Positions 44,495 through 54,400 are shown, counted from the first letter of the stretch. The stretch: DNA of 64,000 bases from an uncultured delta proteobacterium (GCA_963802225.1 CAWDHZ010000012.1:69972-133971); one strand, 5' to 3'. The notes: generated by a model not told the origin, from the letters alone. Numbers and translations: made by a program.

Positions 44495-45634
44495 CTATAG
44501 CCCCTCTTTCCTCATCTTGACCACGGCAGCAGCGGCGCCGACGAGAAACATGACGAGCAGCACCAGGAAGCTCGGCCAGAGGTAGCTCATCCCCACATTG
44601 CGGAGAAACAGCCCGTTCATGATGTCGATGTAGTACGTCGCCGGGACGATCCAGGTCACGAACTGAAGCATCCGGGGCATGTTCTCCACGGGAAACACGA
44701 AGTTCGAAAGCAGAAGCGCCGGCAGGTACGAAACGAGCAGCGCGATCTGGTTTGCCACGAGCTGGGACTTCGTGGCTATCGAGATGAAGAGCCCCAGCCC
44801 CAGCGCAACCGACAGGTAGATCGAAGAGGCCAGGATCATCAGCCAGAAGCTCCCCTTCATGACCACCCCGAAGAGCAGCTGCCCCATGAGCAGCGCCACG
44901 AGGACGTCCGTCATCGCGATGAGGAAATAGGGGATCGCCTTCCCGGTGAGAAACTCGACGGCGTTGATCGGGAGAGACCGGATCGTCTCCATGGTCCCGT
45001 TTTCGTATTCCCGGGCGATGACGAGCGAGGTCAGCATGGCCCCCACGATCATGATGATGACGGCGATGATGCCGGGGACGATGAAGTTGCGGCTCTCGAG
45101 CTCCTCGTTGAACCAGACCCGAACGCGCCCTTCTACGGCCGGGCGCAGGTTGTCGAGGCCTTGCCGGCCGAGGAAGTCGACGAGCAGTCGCGAGTTGTAT
45201 CGCTCGACGAAGGAAGTGATATAGCCCCGGGAGATGGTCCCGATGTTCGGGTCGCTGGCATCGATCAGGACCTGCAGCGGCGCTTCGCGGTTCGAGCGGA
45301 TGTTTTCGGTCCACCGCGGCGGGATGACCAGCGCAATCGTCGCCTTGCCGGCATCGAGCCAGGCCACGGCAGCTCGTTCGTCGGGAAGATAGGTAACCAG
45401 GTCAAAGTAGGCCGAGGCGTCGAGACGGCCGGCGAAATCCCGGGAGAGCTCCGTGCGGTCGTGGTCGACGATGACGACCTTCACGTTGTCCACGTCGAGC
45501 GAGAGCGCATAGCCGAAGAGCAGGATGAGCAGCAGCGGCAGCGCAAAGGCCATGTACAGGCTCCGGTAGTCCCGGACGATGTGGTAGAACTCCTTCCGGG
45601 CCACGGCCTGTATGTTTCGGGGATTGATCAACAT
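44495..45634 (-). CDS. ABC-2 type transporter permease (YbhS/YbhR-like)
   Basis: ORF track 44495..45676. ATG 45634 gives MLINPRNIQAVARKEFYHIVRDYRSLYMAF. The extra upstream codons lie in a repeat array. Confidence 0.85.
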   Translation of the reverse strand: MLINPRNIQAVARKEFYHIVRDYRSLYMAFALPLLLILLFGYALSLDVDNVKVVIVDHDRTELSRDFAGRLDASAYFDLVTYLPDERAAVAWLDAGKATIALVIPPRWTENIRSNREAPLQVLIDASDPNIGTISRGYITSFVERYNSRLLVDFLGRQGLDNLRPAVEGRVRVWFNEELESRNFIVPGIIAVIIMIVGAMLTSLVIAREYENGTMETIRSLPINAVEFLTGKAIPYFLIAMTDVLVALLMGQLLFGVVMKGSFWLMILASSIYLSVALGLGLFISIATKSQLVANQIALLVSYLPALLLSNFVFPVENMPRMLQFVTWIVPATYYIDIMNGLFLRNVGMSYLWPSFLVLLVMFLVGAAAAVVKMRKEGL

Positions 45635-45635
45635 T

Positions 45636-45668
45636 GACGTCTGTTCCGTCTGTCCCGTCGTTCCGCGG
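45636..45668. repeat. 9-nt degenerate tandem array abutting the permease start codon
   Basis: GACGTCTGT TCCGTCTGT CCCGTCGTT CCGCGG. It shares TCCGTCTGT with 31637-31672. Confidence 0.75.
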
Positions 45669-45682
45669 GGCGGCATCTCGAA

Positions 45683-45758
45683 GCCTGCAGTCTACAGCCT
45701 ACAGCCGACAGTAAAGACCTGCCATCTGTTGGCTGTTGGCTGTCAGCTGTCGGCTGGC
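45683..45758. repeat. Inverted pair of heptamer arrays (CAGCCNA / TNGGCTG)
   Basis: Left arm GCCTGCAGTCTACAGCCTACAGCCGACAG, 14-nt loop, right arm CTGTTGGCTGTTGGCTGTCAGCTGTCGGCTGGC. Confidence 0.85.
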
Positions 45759-45764
45759 CATTTG

Positions 45765-45800
45765 CCTCGTCCCGACACCCTGGTCCCTAGTCCCTTTCCG
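45765..45800. repeat. 7-nt degenerate array overlapping the ATPase-2 stop
   Basis: CCTCGTC CCGACAC CCTGGTC CCTAGTC CCTTTCC. Confidence 0.7.
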
Positions 45801-46551
45801 TTCTTGTCATCAGCCTTATAAACGCATCATTGAGCGTTGCCTTTGGCTCCCCCGGGCAGACCTCCGCGATGATCTCGCCAGGGCTCCCGATGGCGACGAT
45901 CCTCCCCTCGTTGATCATGACGATCCGGTCGCAGTTCAGGGCCTCGTCCATGTAATGCGTCGTGACAAAGATGGTGACCCCTTCTGCGGCCAGCTTCCGG
46001 ATGAATTCCCAGAAGTGCCGCCTGGTGATGGGGTCGACGCCGGAGGTGGGCTCGTCCAGAAAAAGGATCTCCGGCCGGTGTAGAAGCGCGCAGGCGAGCG
46101 CCAGGCGCTGACGCCACCCGGGCGGCAGCTCACGGGTGAGCCGGTCCTTCACCTCCTCCAGGCGGGCCTGGCCGAGGGCCCAGCCGGTGCGCTCGCCCCA
46201 CTGACTCTCGGGGACGCTGTAGATTCCCAGGTAGAAGCGGATGTTCTCGACGGGTGTCAGATCTTCGTAGAGGGAAAATTTCTGGGACATGTAGCCGATG
46301 GTCTGCTTGATGGACTCGGACTGGCGAACGACGTCGTAACCGGCGACCTGCCCCGAACCCGACGAGGGGGTGATGATGCCGCAGAGCATCCGGATGGTGG
46401 TCGATTTACCGGCGCCGTTGGGCCCGAGGAAACCGAAAATCTCCCCCCGCTCAATCGAGAAGCTGACGCGGTCCACGGCAACGAAATCGCCGAAGCGCTT
46501 CTCCAGGTCTTTCACGGAGACAATCTCAGGATTTGACGTTGTCACGGGCAA
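45787..46551 (-). CDS. ABC transporter ATP-binding protein 2
   Basis: Walker A GPNGAGKST, signature region RELPPGWRQRLALA and Walker B ILFLDEPTSG. 254 aa. Confidence 0.9.
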   Translation of the reverse strand: MPVTTSNPEIVSVKDLEKRFGDFVAVDRVSFSIERGEIFGFLGPNGAGKSTTIRMLCGIITPSSGSGQVAGYDVVRQSESIKQTIGYMSQKFSLYEDLTPVENIRFYLGIYSVPESQWGERTGWALGQARLEEVKDRLTRELPPGWRQRLALACALLHRPEILFLDEPTSGVDPITRRHFWEFIRKLAAEGVTIFVTTHYMDEALNCDRIVMINEGRIVAIGSPGEIIAEVCPGEPKATLNDAFIRLMTRTERD

Positions 46552-47287
46552 GCGCTCCGTCTGTTTCCTCGATGCGGTGGATCATGGCGTCCTCCAGGCT
46601 CGCGAAGGACGACCGGATCTCATCGGGCGAGCCGTCGGCCAGGATGCGGGCGCGGTGCATCAGGGCAAGCCGGCCGCACTTCTCACCCTCGTCGAGGTAT
46701 GCCGTCGAGACGACGATCGTCATCCCCGAGCGTTTCATCTCCAGGAGAATCTCCCAGAACTCCTGGCGGGAAACGGGGTCCACCCCGTTGGTCGGTTCAT
46801 CGAGGACGAGAATCCGCGGCTCGTGCACCAGCACGCAGGCAAGACCCAGCTTCTGCTTCATTCCCCCGGAGAGCTTTCCCGCAGGGCGCTCGGCAAAGGG
46901 CAGGAGGTTGGAGAAGCCGAGGTAGCGCTCCCTACGCTTCGTTCTCTCGGCGCGGGGAATCCCGAAGATATCCATGAAGAAGGCCAGGTTCTCGTCGACA
47001 GTCAGATCCGGATAGAGACCGAACCGCTGGGGCATGTACCCGATGAGTCGCTTCACCTTTCGCCTGTCCGAGACGGCGTCGATCCCGTCCATCAAGATTC
47101 GCCCTGACGTGGGCTCGATCATGGTGGCCATCATGCGCAGCAGCGTCGATTTTCCCGCCCCGTCGGAACCGACCAGGCCGAAGATCGTCCCCTCCTCGAT
47201 CGCCAGCGTCACGTCCTGGACGGCCGTGACCTGCCCGAACCGGCATGTGACATTCTCGACCTCGATGATGGGTCTACCGGTTGTCAC
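46526..47287 (-). CDS. ABC transporter ATP-binding protein 1
   Basis: GTG start. Walker A GSDGAGKST, LSGGMKQKLGLA and ILVLDEPTNG. 253 aa. Confidence 0.9.
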   Translation of the reverse strand: MTTGRPIIEVENVTCRFGQVTAVQDVTLAIEEGTIFGLVGSDGAGKSTLLRMMATMIEPTSGRILMDGIDAVSDRRKVKRLIGYMPQRFGLYPDLTVDENLAFFMDIFGIPRAERTKRRERYLGFSNLLPFAERPAGKLSGGMKQKLGLACVLVHEPRILVLDEPTNGVDPVSRQEFWEILLEMKRSGMTIVVSTAYLDEGEKCGRLALMHRARILADGSPDEIRSSFASLEDAMIHRIEETDGALARDNVKS

Positions 47288-47303
47288 GGTTGTATCTTCC
47301 CCC

Positions 47304-47345
47304 GCCTGAAGCCTGTAGCCTGCAGCCTTTAGCCTTGAGCCTTAT
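47304..47345. repeat. 7-nt degenerate tandem array (hlyD-ATPase spacer)
   Basis: GCCTGAA GCCTGTA GCCTGCA GCCTTTA GCCTTGA GCCTTAT. Confidence 0.9.
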
Positions 47346-48358
47346 TTGAGCCACGCATCCGCCGGCATCCCCGTCTTGAGCTCCAGGTTCGGGTTCGGCG
47401 CGGTGATCTCCACGAGGTATACGAGCTTGACACGCTCCTTGTGAGTCTGAATGATCTTGGGGGTAAATTCGCCTTCCGACGCGATGAACGTCACCGTTCC
47501 CTCGAAGGTCTTGCCGGCAAGGCTGTCGACCTTCACGTTTGCCTTCTGGCCCTGCTTCACGTTTCCGATCTCCGTCTCCCCGACATAGATCTTCACCTTG
47601 ACGGAAGTGAGATCAGAGAGGCTCAGGGCCTGGCGCGTCGGGGTCACGACTTCGCCCTGCTCGATATTTTTGCTCGTCACGATCCCCGCAAAGGGGGCCC
47701 GCAGCTGCGTCCGGTCCAGCTGGATGCGGGCCTGCTCGAGGGCGGCTTTCGATGCCGCGGCCTGGGCCCGAGAAGCCTCCACCTCGCGCTCGGTGACTCC
47801 GATCCGGCCCAGGTTGCCCTTCGCCTGCCTCAGCACCGCCTCGGTCTCCGCGAGTTTTGAGCGCGCCGTATCGGAACTGAGTTTTACCGTCTCCCACTCC
47901 TTCTTGGAGACGACCTGTCTGGAGTAGAGCTGATCATAACGCTCCTTGTTCGACTGCGCCTCCGTAAGCACGTCGCGGGCACCGGCAACACCGGCCTCGG
48001 CCCGCGCCACATCATCGGGCAGGGTCTTGCGGTAAACCTCCATAAGCGCCGACGCCTGGTCCTGACTCCGCTCCGAGCGGTCGAGCGTCGCCCTCGCCTG
48101 ATCGCGGGCCGCCTCGAACTCGGCGCGGTCAAGCTCCGCAAGGGGCTGGTCCTTCTCCACACGCTGTCCCTCCGTGACGAGCACCTTTACCACCTTGCCC
48201 CCGACCTGGAAGGATAGGTTCGAAATGGTGGCGGCCTCGACGGTCCCCGAGTAATAGAGTCCGTCTTTTTTCAGGCTCTGCTGACCGAACCAGACCATGA
48301 GTCCCGCTCCGAGCAGCAGTGCGACAAACGCAGCGATGATGATCTTTTTCTTTTTCAA
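47342..48358 (-). CDS. HlyD-family membrane-fusion (periplasmic adaptor) protein
   Basis: MKKKKIIIAAFVALLLGAGLMVWF anchor, then a lipoyl-like domain, a coiled coil and a beta-barrel (LRAPFAGIVTSKNIEQGEVV). Confidence 0.85.
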   Translation of the reverse strand: MKKKKIIIAAFVALLLGAGLMVWFGQQSLKKDGLYYSGTVEAATISNLSFQVGGKVVKVLVTEGQRVEKDQPLAELDRAEFEAARDQARATLDRSERSQDQASALMEVYRKTLPDDVARAEAGVAGARDVLTEAQSNKERYDQLYSRQVVSKKEWETVKLSSDTARSKLAETEAVLRQAKGNLGRIGVTEREVEASRAQAAASKAALEQARIQLDRTQLRAPFAGIVTSKNIEQGEVVTPTRQALSLSDLTSVKVKIYVGETEIGNVKQGQKANVKVDSLAGKTFEGTVTFIASEGEFTPKIIQTHKERVKLVYLVEITAPNPNLELKTGMPADAWLK

Positions 48359-48617
48359 CGAATCCCTCCTCGATCGGTCTGGTCTGGTTTATGCCCATTA
48401 TTCCGAATTCGGGCCCTTTTCGCCATCCTTTTCACGTTGCCGGCTTCCCGCGCCTGGCCGCCGGGGCGCGAATCGCGACGGGACGGGGCCCAGGGGAGTA
48501 AACACTTAGTGGCATGAACGCGTCGGGGATGTCAAGGCGAACGCAAGAAGGGCAAGGGGAAAAGAGGCGTGTCGCGTGCAACGGGTAGCGTATGAAGGAG
48601 TGCCTGAGTAAAGAGAA

Positions 48618-48724
48618 GGGCTTCAGGCTTCAGGCTTCGGGCTTCGGGCTTCGGGCTTCAGGATTCAGGAATTCGGATGCCTGATCGCGGCCGCGAAGCG
48701 GCTGCCTGATACCTGAAGCCTGTG
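48618..48724. repeat. Largest heptamer array, with a central GC palindrome and an inverted distal arm
   Basis: GGCTTCA x2, GGCTTCG x3, GGCTTCA, GGATTCA, GGAATTC (48619-48674). Then GCGGCCGCGAAGCGGCTGC. Then CCTGATACCTGAAGCCTG, which is complementary to the array units. Confidence 0.9.
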
Positions 48725-48795
48725 CGAAACGCCGGTTGTTCGTGATACGCGGTTAGATGAAGGTGTGGCTTTGGGGAGATGGGAGGGGGGATTCT

Positions 48796-48830
48796 CCTAT
48801 ACCCTATACCCGATGCCCTTTACCCTGGCC
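48796..48830. repeat. 7-nt CCCTATA-type array
   Basis: CCTATAC CCTATAC CCGATGC CCTTTAC CCTGGCC. Confidence 0.85.
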
Positions 48831-48948
48831 GCTGCCGCTTCGCGGCATGGCCGGGCGTGCGAACCCGCTGCAGGCGGGCAGCTCCTGCCCGCAGCGTCTC
48901 GTCCCGTGTTCACGCTTTCCGGATCGCAAGCCCGCCGAGGCCGCGATG

Positions 48949-49278
48949 TCACTCCTGGATGTCGAAGTGGCGATCGAGACGCATCGTCTTCAGCAGCCCC
49001 AGGATCTCCTTCGACACGTGGATGATCGCGAGTCGGCCCTGCTTCTTCTTGAGCGAGTTGTGGGCCGCGATCAGTACCCCGAGGCCAATGGAGTCGATCA
49101 TCTGCACGCCGGCCAGATCGATGGTCACGTCCGTGACGCCTTCCTCGATGAGGGACCATAGGTTGCGCCGCAACTCCTGGGCATAGGAGGCGACAATGTC
49201 CCTGCCCGGCGCGATCAGTGTCTGCTTCTGCTGTTTGATTGCTTCTTCCATGAAACCTCCTGTTGGTTCAATCTTCAT
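48949..49278 (-). CDS. STAS-domain anti-sigma-factor antagonist (SpoIIAA/RsbV/HsbA-like)
   Basis: ORF track start 49314 is a GTG; ATG 49278 or 49250 is more likely. VQMIDSIGLGVLIAA contains the conserved phosphorylatable Ser (DSxG). Confidence 0.8.
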   Translation of the reverse strand: MKIEPTGGFMEEAIKQQKQTLIAPGRDIVASYAQELRRNLWSLIEEGVTDVTIDLAGVQMIDSIGLGVLIAAHNSLKKKQGRLAIIHVSKEILGLLKTMRLDRHFDIQE

Positions 49279-49306
49279 GATGTACGGTGGCACAAGGCTC
49301 GCGGCG

Positions 49307-49726
49307 TCACTCACTCTGCCAGAAGACGGCGAGCCGGTTCCCCTTTTCGTTGTAGTGAAAGCCCGAGGAATAGAGCGTCATGATGGCCGTTCCCCGGCCG
49401 GATTCCGAGGTGATGTCGGGCACGTCGCCCGTCAGGCTTTTCCAGTCAAACCCGTCGCCGTCGTCCTCCACTTCCATGGTGAGCCTGCCCGACTCGAACC
49501 GGAGACTGTACCGGATGCGCGAGTCCTCCTCGTGGCGGCTCCCGTAAAGCACCGCGTTGGTGAGGGCTTCCCTCATGATGAGCAGGACTCCGAAGGGGTT
49601 GACCCCCGCGCCGCTCTCCACGAGAAAGCGCTTCGTCTCCTCGCCCGCCCGGTCGATGTACCGCAGCTTCGGCGAAAGAAAGACCGTCAGGTTTCCCGGT
49701 GCCTTGCTGATTTCGAAAACATCCAT
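49307..49726 (-). CDS. RsbW/SpoIIAB-like anti-sigma serine kinase (HATPase_c_2)
   Basis: ORF track 49307..49822. ATG 49726 gives MDVFEISKAPGN.... ALTNAVLYG (N-box), EVEDDGDGFD (G1) and ESGRGTAIM (G2). Confidence 0.75.
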   Translation of the reverse strand: MDVFEISKAPGNLTVFLSPKLRYIDRAGEETKRFLVESGAGVNPFGVLLIMREALTNAVLYGSRHEEDSRIRYSLRFESGRLTMEVEDDGDGFDWKSLTGDVPDITSESGRGTAIMTLYSSGFHYNEKGNRLAVFWQSE

Positions 49727-49793
49727 GCAACCCTTCCTTGCTACCAGACCTCTGCAAAATACGAGTCCCGATGACCCTCTCCGGGCGACACCG

Positions 49794-50960
49794 TCACACC
49801 TCCACGCCGAGCAGCAGGACATCGTCCTGCAGACGACCCCGGTCCGGGCAGATCAGGGATACGATCTCGTTTACGGCCTCTTCGATGGGCATATCCCGCG
49901 TTTCTACGCAGCAGGCCATGAGCGCGTCGATCCCCTCCTCCCGGCCGCGGGGGTCCTCCCCGAAAACTTCCAGCAGGCCGTCCGTGAAGAGAAAGAAGCG
50001 GTCTCCCCCGCTGACGCTCACGCAAAGCGGCTCAAAGAGGACATCCTCGAAGACGCCCAGGATGTCGCCCTCGGCCGCCAGCGGCCGGATCTCCCCGCCT
50101 GCACTGAGAACCAGCACCGGAGGATGCCCCGCATTGACAACGGTCAGCTTCGAAATCCGGCGGTCGAGCTGCGCGTAGACGCCTGTCAGGTGCTCGCCGT
50201 TTTTCATGAGGCTCATGAACACCCGGTTGATGACCTGCATCGTCTCTGCGGGCGTGATCTGCGGTCCCGTGTTCTGGCTGATCAGGGCCTTCAAGGCAAA
50301 GGTGTTGTAGGAGGCGCGGATGTCGTGCCCGCTGAAATCGGCGGCGAAATAACCGAAGGCCCCCTCCTCCACGGGAAAGACGTCATAGAAGTCCCCGCCG
50401 GCTTCGATGATGGGGATGTAGCTCACCCCGAAGAGCGCCCCGGGGAACTCCACCGGCCGTGGCAGGATCGCCTGCTGGGCCTCGTGGACCTGTTTGAGTT
50501 TTGCCGCCTGCAGCTCGATGATGCTCCGAAAGGTGTCCCGCGTCTCGAGGTGCCGGCCCACCCGCGCGAGGACCTCCGTCTTGTCGAAGGGCTTGGTCAT
50601 GTAATCCACGGCCCCGAGTTTCAGCCCCGTCACCTTGCTCTCCGTGTCGGTCTTGGCCGACAGGAAGACGATGGGGATGTGGGCCGTTTGCGGGTCCTTC
50701 TTCAGCTTCTCGCAGGACTCGAAGCCGCTTTCGCCCGGCATCATGATATCCAGCAGGATCAGATCCGGCAGGCGCAAAGCGGCAAGGCCCCTGCCGTCGG
50801 GCCCATTTTCGGCCGCAAGCGTCCCGTAGCCGGCACCTTTCAGGATTTTTTCCAACAGCCTGACGTTCACGGGGTGATCGTCGACAATCAGGATCGTCCC
50901 CTTGCTTTCCGTAATTTCCCTGATTTCCATGGGTCCCGGTGACATGCTTTTATCCTTCAT
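49794..50960 (-). CDS. Response-regulator receiver + PP2C (SpoIIE) phosphatase (RsbU/HsbR-like)
   Basis: Canonical REC (ILIVDDH...LILLDIMMPGESG...FLSA...TKPF). The C-terminal half carries SpoIIE-type motifs (GGDFYDV, FTDGLLE). ATGA overlap with the upstream kinase. Confidence 0.85.
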   Translation of the reverse strand: MKDKSMSPGPMEIREITESKGTILIVDDHPVNVRLLEKILKGAGYGTLAAENGPDGRGLAALRLPDLILLDIMMPGESGFESCEKLKKDPQTAHIPIVFLSAKTDTESKVTGLKLGAVDYMTKPFDKTEVLARVGRHLETRDTFRSIIELQAAKLKQVHEAQQAILPRPVEFPGALFGVSYIPIIEAGGDFYDVFPVEEGAFGYFAADFSGHDIRASYNTFALKALISQNTGPQITPAETMQVINRVFMSLMKNGEHLTGVYAQLDRRISKLTVVNAGHPPVLVLSAGGEIRPLAAEGDILGVFEDVLFEPLCVSVSGGDRFFLFTDGLLEVFGEDPRGREEGIDALMACCVETRDMPIEEAVNEIVSLICPDRGRLQDDVLLLGVEV

Positions 50961-52966
50961 AGGGGGTCGGCGTTATGCCCGGATGCTCTGGCAAGGCCCG
51001 GTGCCCCGCCGTTTCCCTTCTTTTGCAACCCGTTTCCGGTGAGCACCGCCTTGACGCTCCGGGAGAGCTGCTCCAGGTTGAAGGGCTTCTGGATGAAGCC
51101 GTTGCACCCCCGCTCGAGGATCTGCGTCGCCTCCCCGTCGATGCTGTACCCGGAGAGCAGCAGCACCTTCACCTCGGGGTTCATCGCCTTCATGCAGTCA
51201 TAGGCCTGCCCCCCGCCCATCTTGGGCATGACGATGTCCAGCAGAACGAGGTCGATCTCGTCGCGCCGTCCCCGGTAGACCTCCACGGCCTCCTCGCCGT
51301 CGCGAGCCGTGATGACGCGGTATCCCATGGTCTGCAGCAGGTCCCGGCCGATCTCGAGCATCATCTGCTCATCGTCGACGAGCAGAATGGTTTCGCTGCC
51401 TCGCTTGATCGGTTCGTGCACCTCGGCGCCGTTGCGCGCGACGGGCTTGTCTGTCGCGCTGAGATAGATCCGGAACGTCGTCCCCTTCCCCTTCTCCGAT
51501 TCCACGTCGATGAACCCGCCGTGTCCCTTGACGATGCCGTAGACGGAGGCGAGCCCCAGCCCCGTCCCGCGCCCCATCTCCTTGGTCGTGAAGAAGGGCT
51601 CGAAGATCCGCTCCATGGTCTTGCGGTCCATGCCCGTCCCGGAGTCCGTCACGGTGAGCAGGACGTAGTTGCCCGGTTTGGGGTTGTAGAGCTTTCCCTT
51701 CATGGCATGGTGGTCTGTATTGACCGTCCGGACCACGAGGCTCCCGCCGCCCGGCATGGCGTCGGCGGCATTGACGAAGAGGTTCATGAGGACCTGCTCG
51801 AGCTGGCCGGCGTCGGCCTCGATGGCGAAGAGATCGCGGGTCAATTCGTGGTGGATGAGGATCTCCTTTCGCGTCCGGTTGAAGGTTTCACAGGCCTCCT
51901 GGACCAGCAGGTTGAGGTCGATGGGCCTGACCTCGTAGCGGCCCTTGCGGGCATAGCCCAAAAGCTGGGCCGTGAGACGGGAGCCGCTCTGGACCTGTTT
52001 CTCGATGCTTTTGAGCCGCTCGAAGAAGGGGTGTTTCAGGTCCAGGTCGAAGAGCATGAGCGAGATGTTCCCCTGGATGACCATGAGGAGGTTGTTGAAG
52101 TCATGGGCGATGCCGCCGGCCAGGGTGCCCACGGCCTCCATCTTCTGGGCGTGGTGGAACTGGGCCTCGATCTGCTTGCGCTCGCTCACGTCGTCGAGCA
52201 CCATGATGAGGGTCCGCTTCATGTCGTCGCGGATCGGCAGGAGCTTGATCATGAACTCCCGGTCGTTGAGCTTCACGGGACTGTCGGCTGCCACGATACT
52301 CGCCTCGGCCGTCACGCGGTCGATCATCTCCCGCACCAGGTCCTTGTCCCTGCTGGTGAAGAGGCCGAGCACGCTCGAGGCCAGAAGCCGCTCCTCGGGA
52401 ATGCCGGCGAGGGTGATGGCCGCGGGGTTGGCAAAGACGATGCGGCCCCCCGGAGTGATCTCCAGGATGCCCTCGGAGAGGCTTCCCAGCACACCCTCGT
52501 AGTGCTTCCAGATGGAGAGCAGCTCCTTTGTGATCTGCCGCGAGTAGAGGTTCTCGACGCCGAAGATGCGCTCCTGCACGTCCCGCGTGCCCCGGTGCTC
52601 GGCATCGTGGAGCGCGGCAGCGACATACTGGCCCATTTTGCCCAGCGGTCCCTTGGCAATGCAGGCATTGGCCCCGATGGCCCGAAAGTCGAGTTGCTCC
52701 TCGGCGGCGGCGGCCGAGAGGATGATGAGGTAGGTGTCCCTCATCTCGGGCATGGCCCGGATGATCTGGCAGAGCTTCTTGCCGTCGATATTGGGCATGA
52801 TAAGATCCACGAAGATGATGTCGGGGCGGTAGGTTTCCAGGATATCAAGGGCGTGCAGGCCATCCTCGGAGATGCGGACCTCGTGTCCGATCTTGCTCAG
52901 GAACTTGGACATGTACTCCAGGATGATCGGGTGGTTGTCCACGACGAGGATTTTTTTCTTTTTCAT
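50957..52966 (-). CDS. Hybrid sensor histidine kinase (REC-PAS-HisKA-HATPase-REC)
   Basis: ORF track 50957..53728. ATG 52966 ([13 protein letters not shown]) forms an ATGA overlap with the GGDEF gene stop. H-box [14 protein letters not shown] boxes and a C-terminal REC (ILLVDDE...[11 protein letters not shown]). Confidence 0.85.
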   Translation of the reverse strand: MKKKKILVVDNHPIILEYMSKFLSKIGHEVRISEDGLHALDILETYRPDIIFVDLIMPNIDGKKLCQIIRAMPEMRDTYLIILSAAAAEEQLDFRAIGANACIAKGPLGKMGQYVAAALHDAEHRGTRDVQERIFGVENLYSRQITKELLSIWKHYEGVLGSLSEGILEITPGGRIVFANPAAITLAGIPEERLLASSVLGLFTSRDKDLVREMIDRVTAEASIVAADSPVKLNDREFMIKLLPIRDDMKRTLIMVLDDVSERKQIEAQFHHAQKMEAVGTLAGGIAHDFNNLLMVIQGNISLMLFDLDLKHPFFERLKSIEKQVQSGSRLTAQLLGYARKGRYEVRPIDLNLLVQEACETFNRTRKEILIHHELTRDLFAIEADAGQLEQVLMNLFVNAADAMPGGGSLVVRTVNTDHHAMKGKLYNPKPGNYVLLTVTDSGTGMDRKTMERIFEPFFTTKEMGRGTGLGLASVYGIVKGHGGFIDVESEKGKGTTFRIYLSATDKPVARNGAEVHEPIKRGSETILLVDDEQMMLEIGRDLLQTMGYRVITARDGEEAVEVYRGRRDEIDLVLLDIVMPKMGGGQAYDCMKAMNPEVKVLLLSGYSIDGEATQILERGCNGFIQKPFNLEQLSRSVKAVLTGNGLQKKGNGGAPGLARASGHNADPL

Positions 52967-53946
52967 GCCGCGCATCCTTTCGTCTCGGGTCCGACGGGCC
53001 TCGCCCCCCGAACCGCGTTTCTCCCCTCGCGTTTTGCCTGGTACAAAAACACGTCGGCCTGCTCCATCAATTGATCCAGGGTGATTCTTTCGGCCTTCAG
53101 GACCGGCCGGTAGCTGGTAACACCGAAACTGGCCGTGATGCGGAACTCCCCGCCTTTGAGATGGAAGGGGGTTTCCGCCACGAGGCGCCTGAGCCTCTCC
53201 GCCACGATGTAGGACGAAGGCAGGTCCGTTTCCGGCAGCACGATGAGGAACTCTTCGCCTCCGTAGCGGGCCATCCAGTCCACGTCGATGCGGATGGAGC
53301 CGGCAATCCGGTTCACGAAATCCTTCAGGACCTGATCGCCGGCCCGGTGCCCGTGCCGGTCGTTGACGTCCTTGAAGTGATCGATGTCGCACATGATGAC
53401 CGACAGCGGGTGCCCGTAGCGCTGGGAGCGTTTGAGCTCCTGGTGGAGACGCTCCGTGAGGTACACCCGGTTGAAGATCCCCGTGAGGGCATCCCGGATG
53501 GACAGGGCGCGCACCTCTTCGTTCGAGAGCCGCAGCGAGCGCTCGAGATCGATGACCCGCCGGGCAGCCTTGAGTCGGGCGGCAAGATCGGCCGGATCGA
53601 CAGGCCGGGCCAGGTGGGTGTCGGCCCCGGCCTCGAGCCCCTTGAGGATTTCGGACTTCCGGTTCCCCCGGGTCAGCATCAGGATGTAGACGTAGCCGGG
53701 AAGGTTGCGGGCACGGAGGGTCCGGCACAGCTCGAAGCCGTCCATCCCGGACAGACGAGAGCCCGCAATCACGATGGGGAAGAACTCCGCCGCCATGGCG
53801 GCGACGGCCTTGCGGCCGTCTGCTACGGTCACGACCTTCCGGTATCCCGCATCTGCGAGGGCTTTCCCCAGGACCTCCCGGTCTGCGGGATCCTCCACGG
53901 CGATCAGGATCGGTACGGGTTGCTGTTCCATCATTCGGAAACCCAT
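52963..53946 (-). CDS. Receiver-like domain + GGDEF diguanylate cyclase
   Basis: RYGGEEFLIVLPET A-site. The upstream REC-like domain lacks the phospho-acceptor Asp in a by-eye alignment. Confidence 0.85.
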   Translation of the reverse strand: MGFRMMEQQPVPILIAVEDPADREVLGKALADAGYRKVVTVADGRKAVAAMAAEFFPIVIAGSRLSGMDGFELCRTLRARNLPGYVYILMLTRGNRKSEILKGLEAGADTHLARPVDPADLAARLKAARRVIDLERSLRLSNEEVRALSIRDALTGIFNRVYLTERLHQELKRSQRYGHPLSVIMCDIDHFKDVNDRHGHRAGDQVLKDFVNRIAGSIRIDVDWMARYGGEEFLIVLPETDLPSSYIVAERLRRLVAETPFHLKGGEFRITASFGVTSYRPVLKAERITLDQLMEQADVFLYQAKREGRNAVRGARPVGPETKGCAA

Positions 53947-54027
53947 CCCCGGGAGCGTGAAACCCCGGAGCTTACAAACGTTATTCCCTGTTCTTTATTC
54001 CCTGAGGGCTCATCCACCGCCTGCCCC

Positions 54028-54348
54028 TCAATGCCCCTCGAGGGCCGCTGAAATCGATGTGAGCTTCTGCGCGATTTCACCGATGGCCTCATCGGCCCCG
54101 TCGAGTTTCTGCGCCCGGGCGTCCGCCTCGACGCGCGTCGCGATCTCGTAGATGTCAGTGAAACCCAGGTTGGCCGATGCCCCCTTCAGGGAATGGGCGG
54201 ACATGACCACACCCTGACAATTGCGGTTCGCCCAGGCATCGCGCAACTTTTCGAGATCCGTCACCCCCACGCTGACGAACAGCTCGGCCATTTCCCGGAA
54301 ATCCTGCTCATCGAGCCCGATATTCTCCGCCATCTCGTTGAAATTCAT
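54028..54348 (-). CDS. Histidine phosphotransfer (HPt) protein
   Basis: ORF track 54028..54453. ATG 54348 gives MNFNEMAENIGL.... HSLKGASANLG is the HPt signature. Confidence 0.8.
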   Translation of the reverse strand: MNFNEMAENIGLDEQDFREMAELFVSVGVTDLEKLRDAWANRNCQGVVMSAHSLKGASANLGFTDIYEIATRVEADARAQKLDGADEAIGEIAQKLTSISAALEGH

Positions 54349-54400
54349 CTTTCTCTCCGGTCGTTTTTCTTTTCCCTTTACTTTGTCTTCGATTCTCTTT

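Noticed and set aside
48618-48724. Whether the short tandem arrays (here and at the other listed loci) form a CRISPR array.
   Set aside because: The repeat period is 7-9 nt with no unique spacers, units degenerate progressively, and no cas genes are present. They are not CRISPR.
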